Positions 39,095 to 48,763 are shown, numbered from the stretch's first letter. The stretch: DNA of 64,000 nucleotides from an uncultured Candidatus Poseidoniales archaeon (GCA_905182125.1 CAJJAV010000026.1:18194-82193); one strand, 5' to 3'. The notes: generated by a model from the letters alone, not told the origin. Program-made: numbers and translations.

Positions 39095-39463
39095 TTAAAG
39101 CGGTTGAATCATAACGATTCGATGTTCTTTTATTGCCATGCACTTGGCAACTTTCATTGCAGTTTCCATATCGGTTGTTGCTCCAATGACTTTCTCACCA
39201 TCTTCTTCGTGAAGAATGAGTTTGTGTGTTAGATTGTGAAGTGCACCTTCTTCGATTCGTTCAAAGACCCAGTGTTCATTTTCGATTCGAACCATGGCTG
39301 GAATTTCGACCAATGGGCCCATGGCCTCACCGATTCGTTCAGTACGTGTCTTGAGGCCGCGCAGATCCCGCAGTGGACTCCAACTTCGTCGTCGTACGTT
39401 TGTTTTGACTCGTTTTTTCTGCTCAACGCCTTCTCTAAATGCTCTCGCCATTATGGGTCCCAT
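39095..39463 (-). CDS. Hypothetical small basic protein
   Basis: ORF with ATG candidates at 39463 and 39451. The TTG at 39538 would add a hydrophobic N-terminus. No family recognised. Confidence 0.35.
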   Translation of the reverse strand: MGPIMARAFREGVEQKKRVKTNVRRRSWSPLRDLRGLKTRTERIGEAMGPLVEIPAMVRIENEHWVFERIEEGALHNLTHKLILHEEDGEKVIGATTDMETAMKVAKCMAIKEHRIVMIQPL

Positions 39464-39548
39464 CCCTTGAAATCCTGAGATTCCAGTCGGAAGGCTTCTT
39501 GATTTGCTAATAAGAAGCGCGACGACGAACAGACCCAAGAACCCGTTT

Positions 39549-40922
39549 TCAAGAGGTCTCGTTCACTGCTAATGGCTTATGCATCAAGAGTCCAATTGTA
39601 GCAATGCATACGGGAGGGAACGCGAAGCAAATCGCCGCCAACAGAACACTGCCTGAAAGCAAAGGTAAGGTCAGGGCTGCAAGCGTTGTCACACCCATTG
39701 GGGCGATGATGAAGCCCAGCGATGGTGACCGAACGTCAGATTCGACCATCCAAGGCACAACCATGGTCCAAGCCAGTCCAAGCCAAACGCCTGGAAGAAG
39801 ATACACGCCAAGCGGCGTCATGGCCATCACGATCATGGGGGTGAACACGCCCATGGCCCGAAGCCACCATGTTTCCGGCCGAGGGGCAGCATCGAACCCA
39901 AGTGCCGGCATGAACTGAACAAGAAGCATCGACCCAATGACAGCAGTGCTCAACCAGAAGCCATACAGATTGGCCCCTGCAGGTTTGCTAAAGACAGGTG
40001 AAGTTTGGAGCAATGAGCACACGCTCACCACCATCAGAGCAGCAACGCATGCGAACGTAGCTATGAGGGCAAAACTCCGCTGCTCTCCGTGCAAGAGGCG
40101 ACTCTCGATTTTCCGTGATGGCTGTAACACAAGCGAGAGCATAACCGTCGCGTGCAGCACCATCAGCACCACCACGATGTTGGTTGGTGAAGTCGGATCA
40201 TCAACCCAAGCTCGCCATGCCTCTGGGCCTGTCGCGATCCATGCCAGGCAAACAATGATCAGAACAAAGCATTTGATTGAGGCTTTTTGTGCTAGGTTTG
40301 CCAGATCAACATCGAGGGAGTATATGCTTGATGCAGCAAATAATTCGCCCCCAAACATCACCATGAGAGCAAAAAGCATTGGCAGCATTGCATGACTGAG
40401 CGTTGGCAGCCCGGCGGTGGTTTGTTGTGGCAAGGGGTTTGAAGCGGTGTAAGCCTGTTCAGGAAACAACACCCGTGCGGCAAGAAGCAAGCACAGGGCA
40501 CAGTACATCATCATTCGATGACGAACTGCGACTGCGGCGTCATCACCGAGCGCTTTCACAGCTGGAAGACGATGAGAGCAGACTGCAAATGTAGCTGCAG
40601 CAAAGGCTGCAATTTCGATGCCACCTTGGCCACCAAGGAGGAGGGTGATGCGCTCGAGCCACGATGCGCTTTCTGGTAAGGATTGAATCACTTCCATGTG
40701 AGAGGAATCAGCCAACAGAATCGCGACTGCTCTGTGAAGGAACAGCCATGCGAGCATGAACGGAGGTGTCCATCGAAGCAGAAGTGATGGGAGGTGACCC
40801 GAACGCCCTTCGACTCCGGAAGGCTTCTTTTCGATGGAGGCGATGACAATCCAAAGAGTGAGCAAGAGAGCCAGCATGGGGAAAAACCACGGCATGGTGT
40901 CTCCCAACATGATTTCGACCAC
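39549..40922 (-). CDS. Hypothetical polytopic integral membrane protein (approx 12 TM helices)
   Basis: Continuous alternation of hydrophobic helices over 457 aa. No transporter signature recognised. Confidence 0.5.
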   Translation of the reverse strand: MVEIMLGDTMPWFFPMLALLLTLWIVIASIEKKPSGVEGRSGHLPSLLLRWTPPFMLAWLFLHRAVAILLADSSHMEVIQSLPESASWLERITLLLGGQGGIEIAAFAAATFAVCSHRLPAVKALGDDAAVAVRHRMMMYCALCLLLAARVLFPEQAYTASNPLPQQTTAGLPTLSHAMLPMLFALMVMFGGELFAASSIYSLDVDLANLAQKASIKCFVLIIVCLAWIATGPEAWRAWVDDPTSPTNIVVVLMVLHATVMLSLVLQPSRKIESRLLHGEQRSFALIATFACVAALMVVSVCSLLQTSPVFSKPAGANLYGFWLSTAVIGSMLLVQFMPALGFDAAPRPETWWLRAMGVFTPMIVMAMTPLGVYLLPGVWLGLAWTMVVPWMVESDVRSPSLGFIIAPMGVTTLAALTLPLLSGSVLLAAICFAFPPVCIATIGLLMHKPLAVNETS

Positions 40923-40981
40923 AGGGGTTCACTCCTTGAGCATGGCGGAAGCAAGATAGTGAGGCGGCCGAACCCCGTTGC

Positions 40982-42766
40982 ATGTCGCGGGGTGAATGGC
41001 AAGACCAAGACCTGCTCGCTGTGGCACGGGATACGCCTCTGGCAAACCTTGCATTGAACCTTGGATTGGACCTCGATGCTTGGTTGGCTTCAGCGACAGA
41101 AAGTCTACCAGAAACCTTCCGCATCACCCCACATCGTTACGATCGTTCGTGGACAGAAGCAACCTTGCGATCAATCGGTGGCGCTCCGCTCGCTTGGGCG
41201 GAAGACGACTTTGCATGGCAGATGCCCTTTGCTCGAGGCCAAGCGCCAGATGCACGAGCAAAGCACATTCTGGCTCTGATGCATGAATCTGGGCGCATCA
41301 CGCGTCAAGAAGCTGCCAGTATGCTTCCTGTCCTCGTCCTCAATCCATCCTCAGGACAGTTGGTGCTTGATATGTGCGCAGCGCCCGGCTCCAAAGCGAC
41401 TCAAATCGCAGAAGCAATTCATCCAGAAGGGGTTGTGGTCGCTAATGAACCAGTCTCAGGACGTGTCAACATGCTTGTTTCCAACCGCGGTCGTTTGGCC
41501 ATTTCGAACATGCTCATCAACCAACAAGACGGTCGCCATTTGGGAAGAATCCCCCCGCCCGGCTATGATGGAATTGTTGCAGATGTCCCGTGCACAGGTT
41601 CGGCAACGACCCGAAAAAACCGCAATGTATGGTGGAAATGGTCGCCTAAAAATGGAAGAAGCCTGTTCAATCTCCAAGTAGAGATTGCTTTCCGAGGGGC
41701 GACATTGTTGCGCCCCGACCACAACCTTGTTTATTCGACATGCAGCATGGATCCGTGTGAAAACGAAGCTGTTGTCGCTGAACTTCTAAGGCGAGCCCCA
41801 TGGCTCGAACTTGTGCCAATCGACCGTGTCAATCTCGAGGGCTTGGTGCTTCACAAGGGATTGACTCAATGGGATATCCTTGATGAAGAAGGGCTGCCTT
41901 GCGTCGGTCTCAAAGCCCTTGAAGCCCCTTCAATTCATGCCTCTCATTTCCCTCCTAAGCAACGCTGCTCTATGGCTGAGGCCCTTGGTATCGAAGTTGA
42001 TGAGGCCTTAGAAGCCACCATCGAAGCGACACTGCCCCACTGCCTACGCTTGTACCATCACGACAATGACACGGGTGGATTTTTCGTTGCCCAGTTGAGG
42101 CATAAACCCGAATCAACCCCCGAGAACGTCGCTCGAACCTTTGTTCCAAAGCGCTACCAAAACCCCGAATCTGGCTGGGTGCCAATGGTGCTCGACCAAC
42201 CACGCCCCAACCGCCATTCCATCTACCCCGCGCCGCAGCCAATCGTTGAAGAGGTTCAGGAACGCTATGGTCTCAACGACAGCGATTGGTCATGGTGGCA
42301 CCGTGGAAAACGCTTGAACATCGCGCCGAAATTGGTCGAAGAGCGAATTTTCAGCCGCCAGTGCCCGAACAAGAAAGGAAACTTGTGGCCGGGGGGCACC
42401 TTCCATCCGCTGAAACTCATCCATGTCGGCCTGCCAGCATTCACTCAAAAGCGAAAGATCTGGCGTTCACGCCAAGAATCGGTTCCAGCATTGCGCCATC
42501 TCATCACCGCCTCAACACCCGCCATTTCTCCTGAAACACTCGAACGAATGCTGCGCGGCTGGGCGCCGCTCATGGAAGACTATGCAGAAGCCTTTGGAAC
42601 GATTGAGGAAGAAGGGCCAGTTCTGCTGTCCTGCGCTTTACCATGCGGCGAGGCACTTGTTTCAGGATGGGTCGGCGCCCGCCTCACGCTGATGATCGAT
42701 CGAGTCGGACGGGATGTCTTGCGAATGAAACTCGGTATGCCGACAGAAGCCGATGAGGAAGAATGA
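40982..42766 (+). CDS. RNA (cytosine-C5)-methyltransferase, NOL1/NOP2/Sun family (RsmB/F-like), with C-terminal extension
   Basis: SAM motif I VLDMCAAPGSKATQIAE, motif IV DGIVADVPCTGSATTRKN, motif VI LVYSTCSMDPCENEAVV. Confidence 0.85.
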   Translation: MSRGEWQDQDLLAVARDTPLANLALNLGLDLDAWLASATESLPETFRITPHRYDRSWTEATLRSIGGAPLAWAEDDFAWQMPFARGQAPDARAKHILALMHESGRITRQEAASMLPVLVLNPSSGQLVLDMCAAPGSKATQIAEAIHPEGVVVANEPVSGRVNMLVSNRGRLAISNMLINQQDGRHLGRIPPPGYDGIVADVPCTGSATTRKNRNVWWKWSPKNGRSLFNLQVEIAFRGATLLRPDHNLVYSTCSMDPCENEAVVAELLRRAPWLELVPIDRVNLEGLVLHKGLTQWDILDEEGLPCVGLKALEAPSIHASHFPPKQRCSMAEALGIEVDEALEATIEATLPHCLRLYHHDNDTGGFFVAQLRHKPESTPENVARTFVPKRYQNPESGWVPMVLDQPRPNRHSIYPAPQPIVEEVQERYGLNDSDWSWWHRGKRLNIAPKLVEERIFSRQCPNKKGNLWPGGTFHPLKLIHVGLPAFTQKRKIWRSRQESVPALRHLITASTPAISPETLERMLRGWAPLMEDYAEAFGTIEEEGPVLLSCALPCGEALVSGWVGARLTLMIDRVGRDVLRMKLGMPTEADEEE

Positions 42767-42775
42767 GGTTTTGCT

Positions 42776-43975
42776 ATGCGTGGCGTTTTGTTTTTGATCG
42801 CATTTGCTGCGCTTCTCACTTCATGTGCAGCACCTATGGCGCTGGCATCAGAGAATTCACAAAGCATCGTTTCCAAACTGATTCCCGCACCTGAGGCTCC
42901 AAGCCAAATGCTCATTGAATCATTTTTGCAGGACAATGGTGACGCACCCGATGGCGCAGATGAAGGCGAGGGGGTTCGCTTGTCTTGGTGGTCATGGAGC
43001 GATGAAACCGGATCGGATTGGCCAGACGATGATGCCAAGGCCCGTTATGGCCAACTCGGGTTAATCGGTGAGCCAAAAACGCTGTACAATGGTCAGCCTG
43101 AAGAATCCACGGCACGCAGCCTTCAAGTCGAGCAACCCTTGCTCGATTTCCAAGGACAGATTGAACTGGTGCGCGACGAATCAGGAGGCATTGCTATCTC
43201 CCTACCCGTTGTGTTCACGCCCGGCGTCAACCTAAGCGATTCAACCGTGTTCTCAATTTTCATCAGCGAAGATAGGGCCGTGGATCAGCACGGTCGTGTG
43301 GCCCACAACCTCGTTCGAGATCTGATGCCTCAAATTGGGTTTTCAAACCAGGCAAACAACACCACTGAAACAACCTGGACCGTTCCTTCCACACACCTGC
43401 TTGCAGCGGGCATCGATTTCGAGGCACAGCCCCACGGATGGCACATCACCATCGCGTTATTTGGAGGGGTTGATGGCGAAGATGAAGACCGTCTGCTCAG
43501 CCTCCATCACACCTCCATGCCAACCCCTTGGGACGGTGTATCCTCTGGTGACTTCTTCCTTCCAGGTTTCCTTTTGCTGCTGTGCGTGGTCATTGCTTCG
43601 GGGGCCGTCATGGGTTCATTTAAGCGAGAAAAAGGCATGCCGAAAATCGATGCGCAGTGGGCATCATCGGATCCTCCATTGCTACAATTTCGAATCCTTG
43701 CTGGCAGTCAACAAGTGACGCTCAATGGGTGTGCATGCATCGAACCGTGGGCGATTCGAGGTGGCTTCAAACGCGTTAAGATTTCAGCAGGGCATCACCA
43801 CGAGTTCACCATTCGTTTCAAACGGACCGAGCCTCAAGATTGCCATATTTCATTGAACGTGGAAGTGGATGAGTTGGGGTCATGGACGCAGCACCTTCGC
43901 CTCCCGTCATCCCGCGATGGAGTCCGAAGCGTTGAAGACGATGGAGACAAAGCAACGGCCGGTGATGAAGCATGA
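42776..43975 (+). CDS. Hypothetical secreted/membrane protein with lipobox-like signal peptide and one C-proximal TM helix
   Basis: N-terminus MRGVLFLIAFAALLTSCAAP (L-T-S-C). TM helix FFLPGFLLLLCVVIASGAVMG. Confidence 0.5.
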   Translation: MRGVLFLIAFAALLTSCAAPMALASENSQSIVSKLIPAPEAPSQMLIESFLQDNGDAPDGADEGEGVRLSWWSWSDETGSDWPDDDAKARYGQLGLIGEPKTLYNGQPEESTARSLQVEQPLLDFQGQIELVRDESGGIAISLPVVFTPGVNLSDSTVFSIFISEDRAVDQHGRVAHNLVRDLMPQIGFSNQANNTTETTWTVPSTHLLAAGIDFEAQPHGWHITIALFGGVDGEDEDRLLSLHHTSMPTPWDGVSSGDFFLPGFLLLLCVVIASGAVMGSFKREKGMPKIDAQWASSDPPLLQFRILAGSQQVTLNGCACIEPWAIRGGFKRVKISAGHHHEFTIRFKRTEPQDCHISLNVEVDELGSWTQHLRLPSSRDGVRSVEDDGDKATAGDEA

Positions 43976-44427
43976 ACCTCGATGATACCGACCGAGCCAT
44001 CCTCGAAGTGTTGCTCGAAGACGCACGTACCAGCCAACGTGCACTTGCACGAAAAGTTGGCATCGCACAAGGGACCGTTCTCAACCGCCTTCGACGACTC
44101 GAAGAAATGGGCGTCATCAAAGGGTACAGCGTTATGCTTGATCCCGGTGCAGTTGGATGGTCGATGACCATTATGGCTGGTTTGCGAATCATGAAGGGGC
44201 GGATGATCGATGTTCAGACCCAAATCGCAGCCGACCCCCGAGTTTTTGCAGTTTACGACGTCACTGGCGATTGGGATTCGATGGTGTTAGCGCGGGTCAA
44301 AGACCGTGCTGATTTAGACGACTTGACCAAGACGGTGTTCACCCTTGAGGGGGTCGCTCGGTCCTACACGCACGTCGTTTTGAACACGGTGAAAGAAGAT
44401 GGGCGAACCCGCCCTGTAGCGGAATAA
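43972..44427 (+). CDS. lrp: Lrp/AsnC-family transcriptional regulator
   Basis: HTH LDDTDRAILEVLLEDARTSQRALARKVGIAQGTVLNRLRRLEEMGVIKGY plus a C-terminal RAM-like domain. 4-nt overlap with the upstream gene. Confidence 0.88.
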   Translation: MNLDDTDRAILEVLLEDARTSQRALARKVGIAQGTVLNRLRRLEEMGVIKGYSVMLDPGAVGWSMTIMAGLRIMKGRMIDVQTQIAADPRVFAVYDVTGDWDSMVLARVKDRADLDDLTKTVFTLEGVARSYTHVVLNTVKEDGRTRPVAE

Positions 44428-44436
44428 AACTGAAAT

Positions 44437-44928
44437 TTACCTCGACTGATAATCATCGTACTCGTCGATAAAGGGGAGCAATTCATAGGCCATACCTCTG
44501 AGCGATTCAACCACCCTTGTTTCTGGTTTCAGCGCCTTCATTAACACCGTACGCGGCTCTTCGGAAATCTTGACATCCATGCCCTCCAAGCGCCTGCGAA
44601 GTTCAGACTGAAGGCGTCCTCCAGTGCGGTCCCAATCCATCAATATGCACAGGGACGGACCGTTGTCAGCGGTGCGTCGAACCCCGTATGTTTCGTATAA
44701 ATGGGCGACGAGCCGCTCGAGCGGCCAGCCTCGATTTAACATTTCAATCGGCCCTGAAAAACCAAGGGCGGTGAGTGCCATTTTGTCCCGTTTCCCCTCG
44801 ACAAGGATTGGCCAGTCAAGCGTTCGATTCAAGACGCGTGCATTGGCCAACGCTTCGCCAGCGAGGCGAAACCGCAGAGCTGCATCGCCCGAACCAAGCG
44901 GCGAGCGATGCTTCGAATCTCGGGTCAT
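44437..44928 (-). CDS. Toprim-domain protein (small primase-like/RNase M5-like, COG1658 type)
   Basis: Toprim glutamate in ILVEGKRDKMAL and DxD in ILMDWDRTGG. Confidence 0.65.
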   Translation of the reverse strand: MTRDSKHRSPLGSGDAALRFRLAGEALANARVLNRTLDWPILVEGKRDKMALTALGFSGPIEMLNRGWPLERLVAHLYETYGVRRTADNGPSLCILMDWDRTGGRLQSELRRRLEGMDVKISEEPRTVLMKALKPETRVVESLRGMAYELLPFIDEYDDYQSR

Positions 44929-45245
44929 CGATCCTCCATGGCTTGCTCAAGGGCAGTGAGTATGGCTGCGCATTCGCTGGCTTCAATTCGCACGGTTTTC
45001 TTCCTCGATGTGAGTCCATTGGTGATGCTAAGTGACGCTTTTGGCCTCTTCAAAGTCCGACTTAGAAAGGCCAGAACCGCTTGGTTTGCCTGATTTTTTT
45101 GAGCAGGCTCTACGACTGCTATGCCGAGTCGAGATCGCCAAGGGTTGACTTCGAGCAATCGCTCATTCTGTGCTCCAGGCTGAACTTCGACCGACAACAA
45201 GACCGCTCCGTCAAGCGTTGCTTGGAGGCAGGAATGCGTTGCCAT
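44925..45245 (-). CDS. YggU/DUF167 (UPF0235) family protein
   Basis: LLSVEVQPGAQNERL...GIAVVEPAQKNQANQAVLAFLSRTLKRPKASLSITNGLTSRKKTVRIE. Start at ATG 45245. Confidence 0.7.
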   Translation of the reverse strand: MATHSCLQATLDGAVLLSVEVQPGAQNERLLEVNPWRSRLGIAVVEPAQKNQANQAVLAFLSRTLKRPKASLSITNGLTSRKKTVRIEASECAAILTALEQAMEDR

Positions 45246-45297
45246 GACGTCCCATCTTGCCCGCCGTTTATCAACCTGACATGGCGAAGTAGGCATC

Positions 45298-45335
45298 ATA
45301 AAAGGCCCCTAAAATGCCACAAAAGGGCCCTAAAA
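45298..45335. promoter_or_regulatory. Two 17-nt direct near-repeats (A-AAAAGG[C/G]CCCTAAAA) spaced 21 nt start-to-start, in the divergent intergenic region upstream of the cox operon
   Basis: ATAAAAGGCCCCTAAAA at 45298-45314 and ACAAAAGGGCCCTAAAA at 45319-45335, each with a GC palindromic core flanked by A-tracts. Confidence 0.35.
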
Positions 45336-45443
45336 CGGGGGGGCTGAAACGCGCGACCGAAGCGGTGAAAGGCAATGATGACGAAGGTGCGCTCGACAAG
45401 GGTTTAAGTCCGGTCCCATCGGCCATGAGTTTGAGGATATACC

Positions 45444-46433
45444 ATGCCTGCTGAAGACACTGTTTTCAACGTCTTGTATGACAAGTTCATGTTTTGGAGC
45501 ATCGTCGTGGGGATTTTCACCTTCGGCTGGATGTTCATCGCTATGCTGCGCTACCGCGACGGTGTCGAGCCCGTGGAGAACATGGACAAGTACCACATCG
45601 AGGTGGGTTCGTTCCCCGTTGATTCCCACAACACAAAACTCGAAGTTTTGTTTTACGTACTTCCAACCATCATCGTCGTTTGGTTGACCATGATGGCCCT
45701 CGCTTCCAACACAGCAGTCTGGAGCGTCGATGAAAATGAACCAACCTACAACATCGACATCGTGGGCAAGCAGTGGTTCTGGGAATTCCATTACACAGAA
45801 GCCTTGACGTGGGAAGATCCGGGGACGGGCATCGACGTTGACTGGCAAGGGAACATGCTCATGGTCCATGCGCAAAACACCACTGGGGTCAATGTCACTG
45901 TGGCGATTGACGGCGTGGAAACCGATTACCAACTCAACGCCTCTACGGGCATGTTTGCCCTCTCAGGCGTCATGTTTGACGTCGAACTTCATTCGAAGGT
46001 CACCGTCGTTGACGCTGATGAAAACCTGATCCACACATGGGAACACCTACCGGTGGGGACAATCCTCTCAAGCGCAGGCGGTCAACACCTGATTTTGCCC
46101 TGTGATAAGATCAGCATCCTTTCCCTCCACTCCCGTCCGTCCGATGCTTCGAACCCGAACTATGTCGGTGTCCAGCACTCTTTCTGGCTCCCTGAATGGG
46201 GCGTCAAAGAAGACTTGGTCCCTGGACTTGAAGCTGGTACAGTGATGTACGCTCAGCCCGATGACTTGGGCACCTTCCCAATCCGATGTGCAGAATACTG
46301 TGGTCTGGATCACTCCAAGATGCAAGGAAACGTCGACATCGTCGCAACCGAAGGCGAGACATGTGAAGAAGACACCGGGGTCAAGAAGCAATCCTCCCAA
46401 GACGGAGAAGCAGCAAACGGAGGTGGGTATTGA
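45444..46433 (+). CDS. coxB: Cytochrome c oxidase subunit II (CuA cupredoxin) with an enlarged periplasmic domain
   Basis: Two N-terminal TM helices. CuA ligand pattern VQHSFWLPEWG...IRCAEYCGLDHSKMQG. Confidence 0.88.
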   Translation: MPAEDTVFNVLYDKFMFWSIVVGIFTFGWMFIAMLRYRDGVEPVENMDKYHIEVGSFPVDSHNTKLEVLFYVLPTIIVVWLTMMALASNTAVWSVDENEPTYNIDIVGKQWFWEFHYTEALTWEDPGTGIDVDWQGNMLMVHAQNTTGVNVTVAIDGVETDYQLNASTGMFALSGVMFDVELHSKVTVVDADENLIHTWEHLPVGTILSSAGGQHLILPCDKISILSLHSRPSDASNPNYVGVQHSFWLPEWGVKEDLVPGLEAGTVMYAQPDDLGTFPIRCAEYCGLDHSKMQGNVDIVATEGETCEEDTGVKKQSSQDGEAANGGGY

Positions 46434-48763
46434 TGCGAACACGAGCACTCACACTCGTCGCCCTCATGCTCCTCATGCTGGCGGCTGCACCTCAATTTGA
46501 GGCAATGCCCACGGGTATTGGCTCAGCAGGTGACAATGGATGTACGTGCCACGGGGGCGCATCAGGTGACACCTCGGTGATTGTTGAAGGGCTCCCTGAC
46601 AGTTTCAACGCCAGCGAGACCTACCCGTTCACCGTGACCGTCGTCAATGACGTCATGGAACTTCACAACGGTGGCAGCACCGAAGGCGCTGACCCATGGA
46701 ACGGTCACGCAGGCGGATTCCGAATCCTCACATCTTCCGGAATGGTGTCAACGGTCAATGAATCGTTAAGCCATGACATGGACGGCGGCCTCACCCATAC
46801 GGCTGATGCCAACGGTGTTCGCACCTGGGACTTTGAATGGGTCGCTCCAGGCGATGACGGCAAGGTCGTTGAAATCACCGTTTACGGCAATGCAGTGAAC
46901 GGCGGCGCTGGATCTGGTGGCGATTACTGGAACCAAGCAGATTTCATGATTCCCGGTGTTAACGCTGGCGATATCGCACCAAGTGCCCGTGCTCTTGTTG
47001 TCCTGATTACGGCGATTGGCCTTGCTCTCGGCCTTGTATTACTCGGCGTTTTGTATGTGTTCTACGCACGCTCACCATCCACGTTCACCATCGAGCATTT
47101 CTGGTCCTACCTCAAGCCATGGCTCACCACCACCGATCACAAGCAAGTCGGTATCCTCTACTTCCTGTATGGATTCACCTTCTTCTTGGTAGGTGGCGTG
47201 CTTGCCTTGCTGTTCCGTATTCAGCTGGCGTTGCCTGAGAACACCTTCCTTACCGAATCAGAATACAACTCATTCTTCACCTTGCACGGAACCACCATGA
47301 TTTTCTTGGCAGCCATGCCTATGATTGCAGGTTTCATGAACTATGTTCTTCCGCTCCAAATCGGTGCGAAGGATCTGGCATTCCCCCGCATCAACGCCAT
47401 GGGTCTGTGGCTTCTTGTCTTCTCGAGCCCACTGATCTACGCTGGAATCTGGTCCGGCGAGGGCGCCGACATCACATGGGTGATGTACCCTCCTTACTCA
47501 TCATTGACAGAATCAAACCTCGGTGCCGAACTGGCTCAATACGGTTCAAACATCGGTACCACAGCGTTCATCTCTGGAATTCTGATGCTTGGCGCATCCT
47601 CGACCCTTGGTGGTGTTAACTTCATCACCACTGTGTTCACAATGCGCGCCCCAGGTGTCGGCTTCATGAAGATGCCATTGTTCGCTTGGTCTGTCTTCGT
47701 CAGCGTCTTCATGCTCTACATGTCGCTGCCTGCTTTCATCATCGGTGTTGCTTTCTTGCTCTTCGACCATACGCTTGGAACCGTGTTCTTTACCGCCGGT
47801 GGAGACAGTTTACTGTTCCAACATCTGTTCTGGTTCTTCGGCCATCCTGAAGTCTACGTCGTCGTTGTGCCAGCGTTCGGTATCGTCTCGGAAGTGCTTG
47901 CAACCAGCGCCCGAAGATCGATCTTTGGATACAAGTCAATGGTCTTCGCCATGGCTGGAATCGGTGTTGTTGGCTTCATCGTTTGGGGCCACCACATGCT
48001 GACTTCTGGAATGGATCCATTCTGGCGAGCAGCGTTCATGATCACCACGATGGCTGTTGCGATTCCGACAGGAGCAAAGGTGTTCAATTGGTTGGCAACC
48101 ATCTGGGGCGGTAGCCTCGTCATGCGAACCCACACCCTGTGGTCGCTTGGGTTCCTTGTCACCTTCACCCTTGGTGGCATCTCTGGTATGTTCTTCCCAG
48201 TGGCTGGTCTCGACGTCCACTTCCACGATTCATACTTCGTTGTCGCTCACTTCCATTACGTGTTCATCGGCGGTACTGTCTTCGCTTTGTTCTCCGGTGT
48301 CTACTATTGGTACCCCAAGGCAACAGGTCGAAAGCTCAACGAAACGCTTGGACTCTGGCACTTCTTGATTGGCTTTGCTTCCTACAACGCAACCTTCTGG
48401 CCCATGCACGCTCTTGGAATCATGGGTATGCCTCGTCGAACCCACAGTTACACAACCGAAAGCGGATTTGCCGAGTACAACATGGCGATCAGTACATTCT
48501 CGTTCATCTTCGGATTAAGCCAACTCCTCTTGGTTTGGAACATCATCCGTTCCAACCGCCACGGTGAGCCTGCAGGAAACGATCCATGGGGCGGATGGTC
48601 CCTCGAATGGATGACAACATCGCCACCTCCAACACCTTCTTTCCATGACATCCCAACTCAGGGAGACATGAACGAACTCTATGGCCACCACGGCACAGGC
48701 CAAAAGAAGGAAAGCCCGCTGAAGAAGTTGGCAACACCACTTGCAAAGGGGGTCGAAGAATGA
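46433..48763 (+). CDS. coxA: Cytochrome c oxidase subunit I (A-type haem-copper oxidase) with an N-terminal extension of about 220 aa (signal peptide, extracytoplasmic domain, extra TM helix)
   Basis: WLTTTDHKQVGILYF, WFFGHPEVYVVVVPAFG, WGHHML and HDSYFVVAHFHYVF. ATG 46433 overlaps the coxB stop (TGATG). A TTG at 46430 is the alternative start. Confidence 0.92.
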   Translation: MRTRALTLVALMLLMLAAAPQFEAMPTGIGSAGDNGCTCHGGASGDTSVIVEGLPDSFNASETYPFTVTVVNDVMELHNGGSTEGADPWNGHAGGFRILTSSGMVSTVNESLSHDMDGGLTHTADANGVRTWDFEWVAPGDDGKVVEITVYGNAVNGGAGSGGDYWNQADFMIPGVNAGDIAPSARALVVLITAIGLALGLVLLGVLYVFYARSPSTFTIEHFWSYLKPWLTTTDHKQVGILYFLYGFTFFLVGGVLALLFRIQLALPENTFLTESEYNSFFTLHGTTMIFLAAMPMIAGFMNYVLPLQIGAKDLAFPRINAMGLWLLVFSSPLIYAGIWSGEGADITWVMYPPYSSLTESNLGAELAQYGSNIGTTAFISGILMLGASSTLGGVNFITTVFTMRAPGVGFMKMPLFAWSVFVSVFMLYMSLPAFIIGVAFLLFDHTLGTVFFTAGGDSLLFQHLFWFFGHPEVYVVVVPAFGIVSEVLATSARRSIFGYKSMVFAMAGIGVVGFIVWGHHMLTSGMDPFWRAAFMITTMAVAIPTGAKVFNWLATIWGGSLVMRTHTLWSLGFLVTFTLGGISGMFFPVAGLDVHFHDSYFVVAHFHYVFIGGTVFALFSGVYYWYPKATGRKLNETLGLWHFLIGFASYNATFWPMHALGIMGMPRRTHSYTTESGFAEYNMAISTFSFIFGLSQLLLVWNIIRSNRHGEPAGNDPWGGWSLEWMTTSPPPTPSFHDIPTQGDMNELYGHHGTGQKKESPLKKLATPLAKGVEE

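Noticed and set aside
36176-39538. Tyrosine recombinase as marker of an integrated mobile element or provirus
   Set aside because: It is not adjacent to a tRNA gene. I saw no flanking direct repeats by eye. I also saw no capsid, replication or terminase-like genes, and the housekeeping Sec61-beta gene lies just downstream. A chromosomal XerA-type dimer-resolution recombinase is the simpler reading.
45330-45932. 200-aa minus-strand ORF
   Set aside because: Antisense to coxB and to its promoter region. No recognisable motifs. coxB is supported by the CuA site.
46535-46552. Haem-c attachment site in the CoxA N-terminal domain (C-T-C-H)
   Set aside because: The motif is CxCH, not the canonical CxxCH, so I do not call a cytochrome c domain. 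It is retained only as part of the broader observation on the extension.
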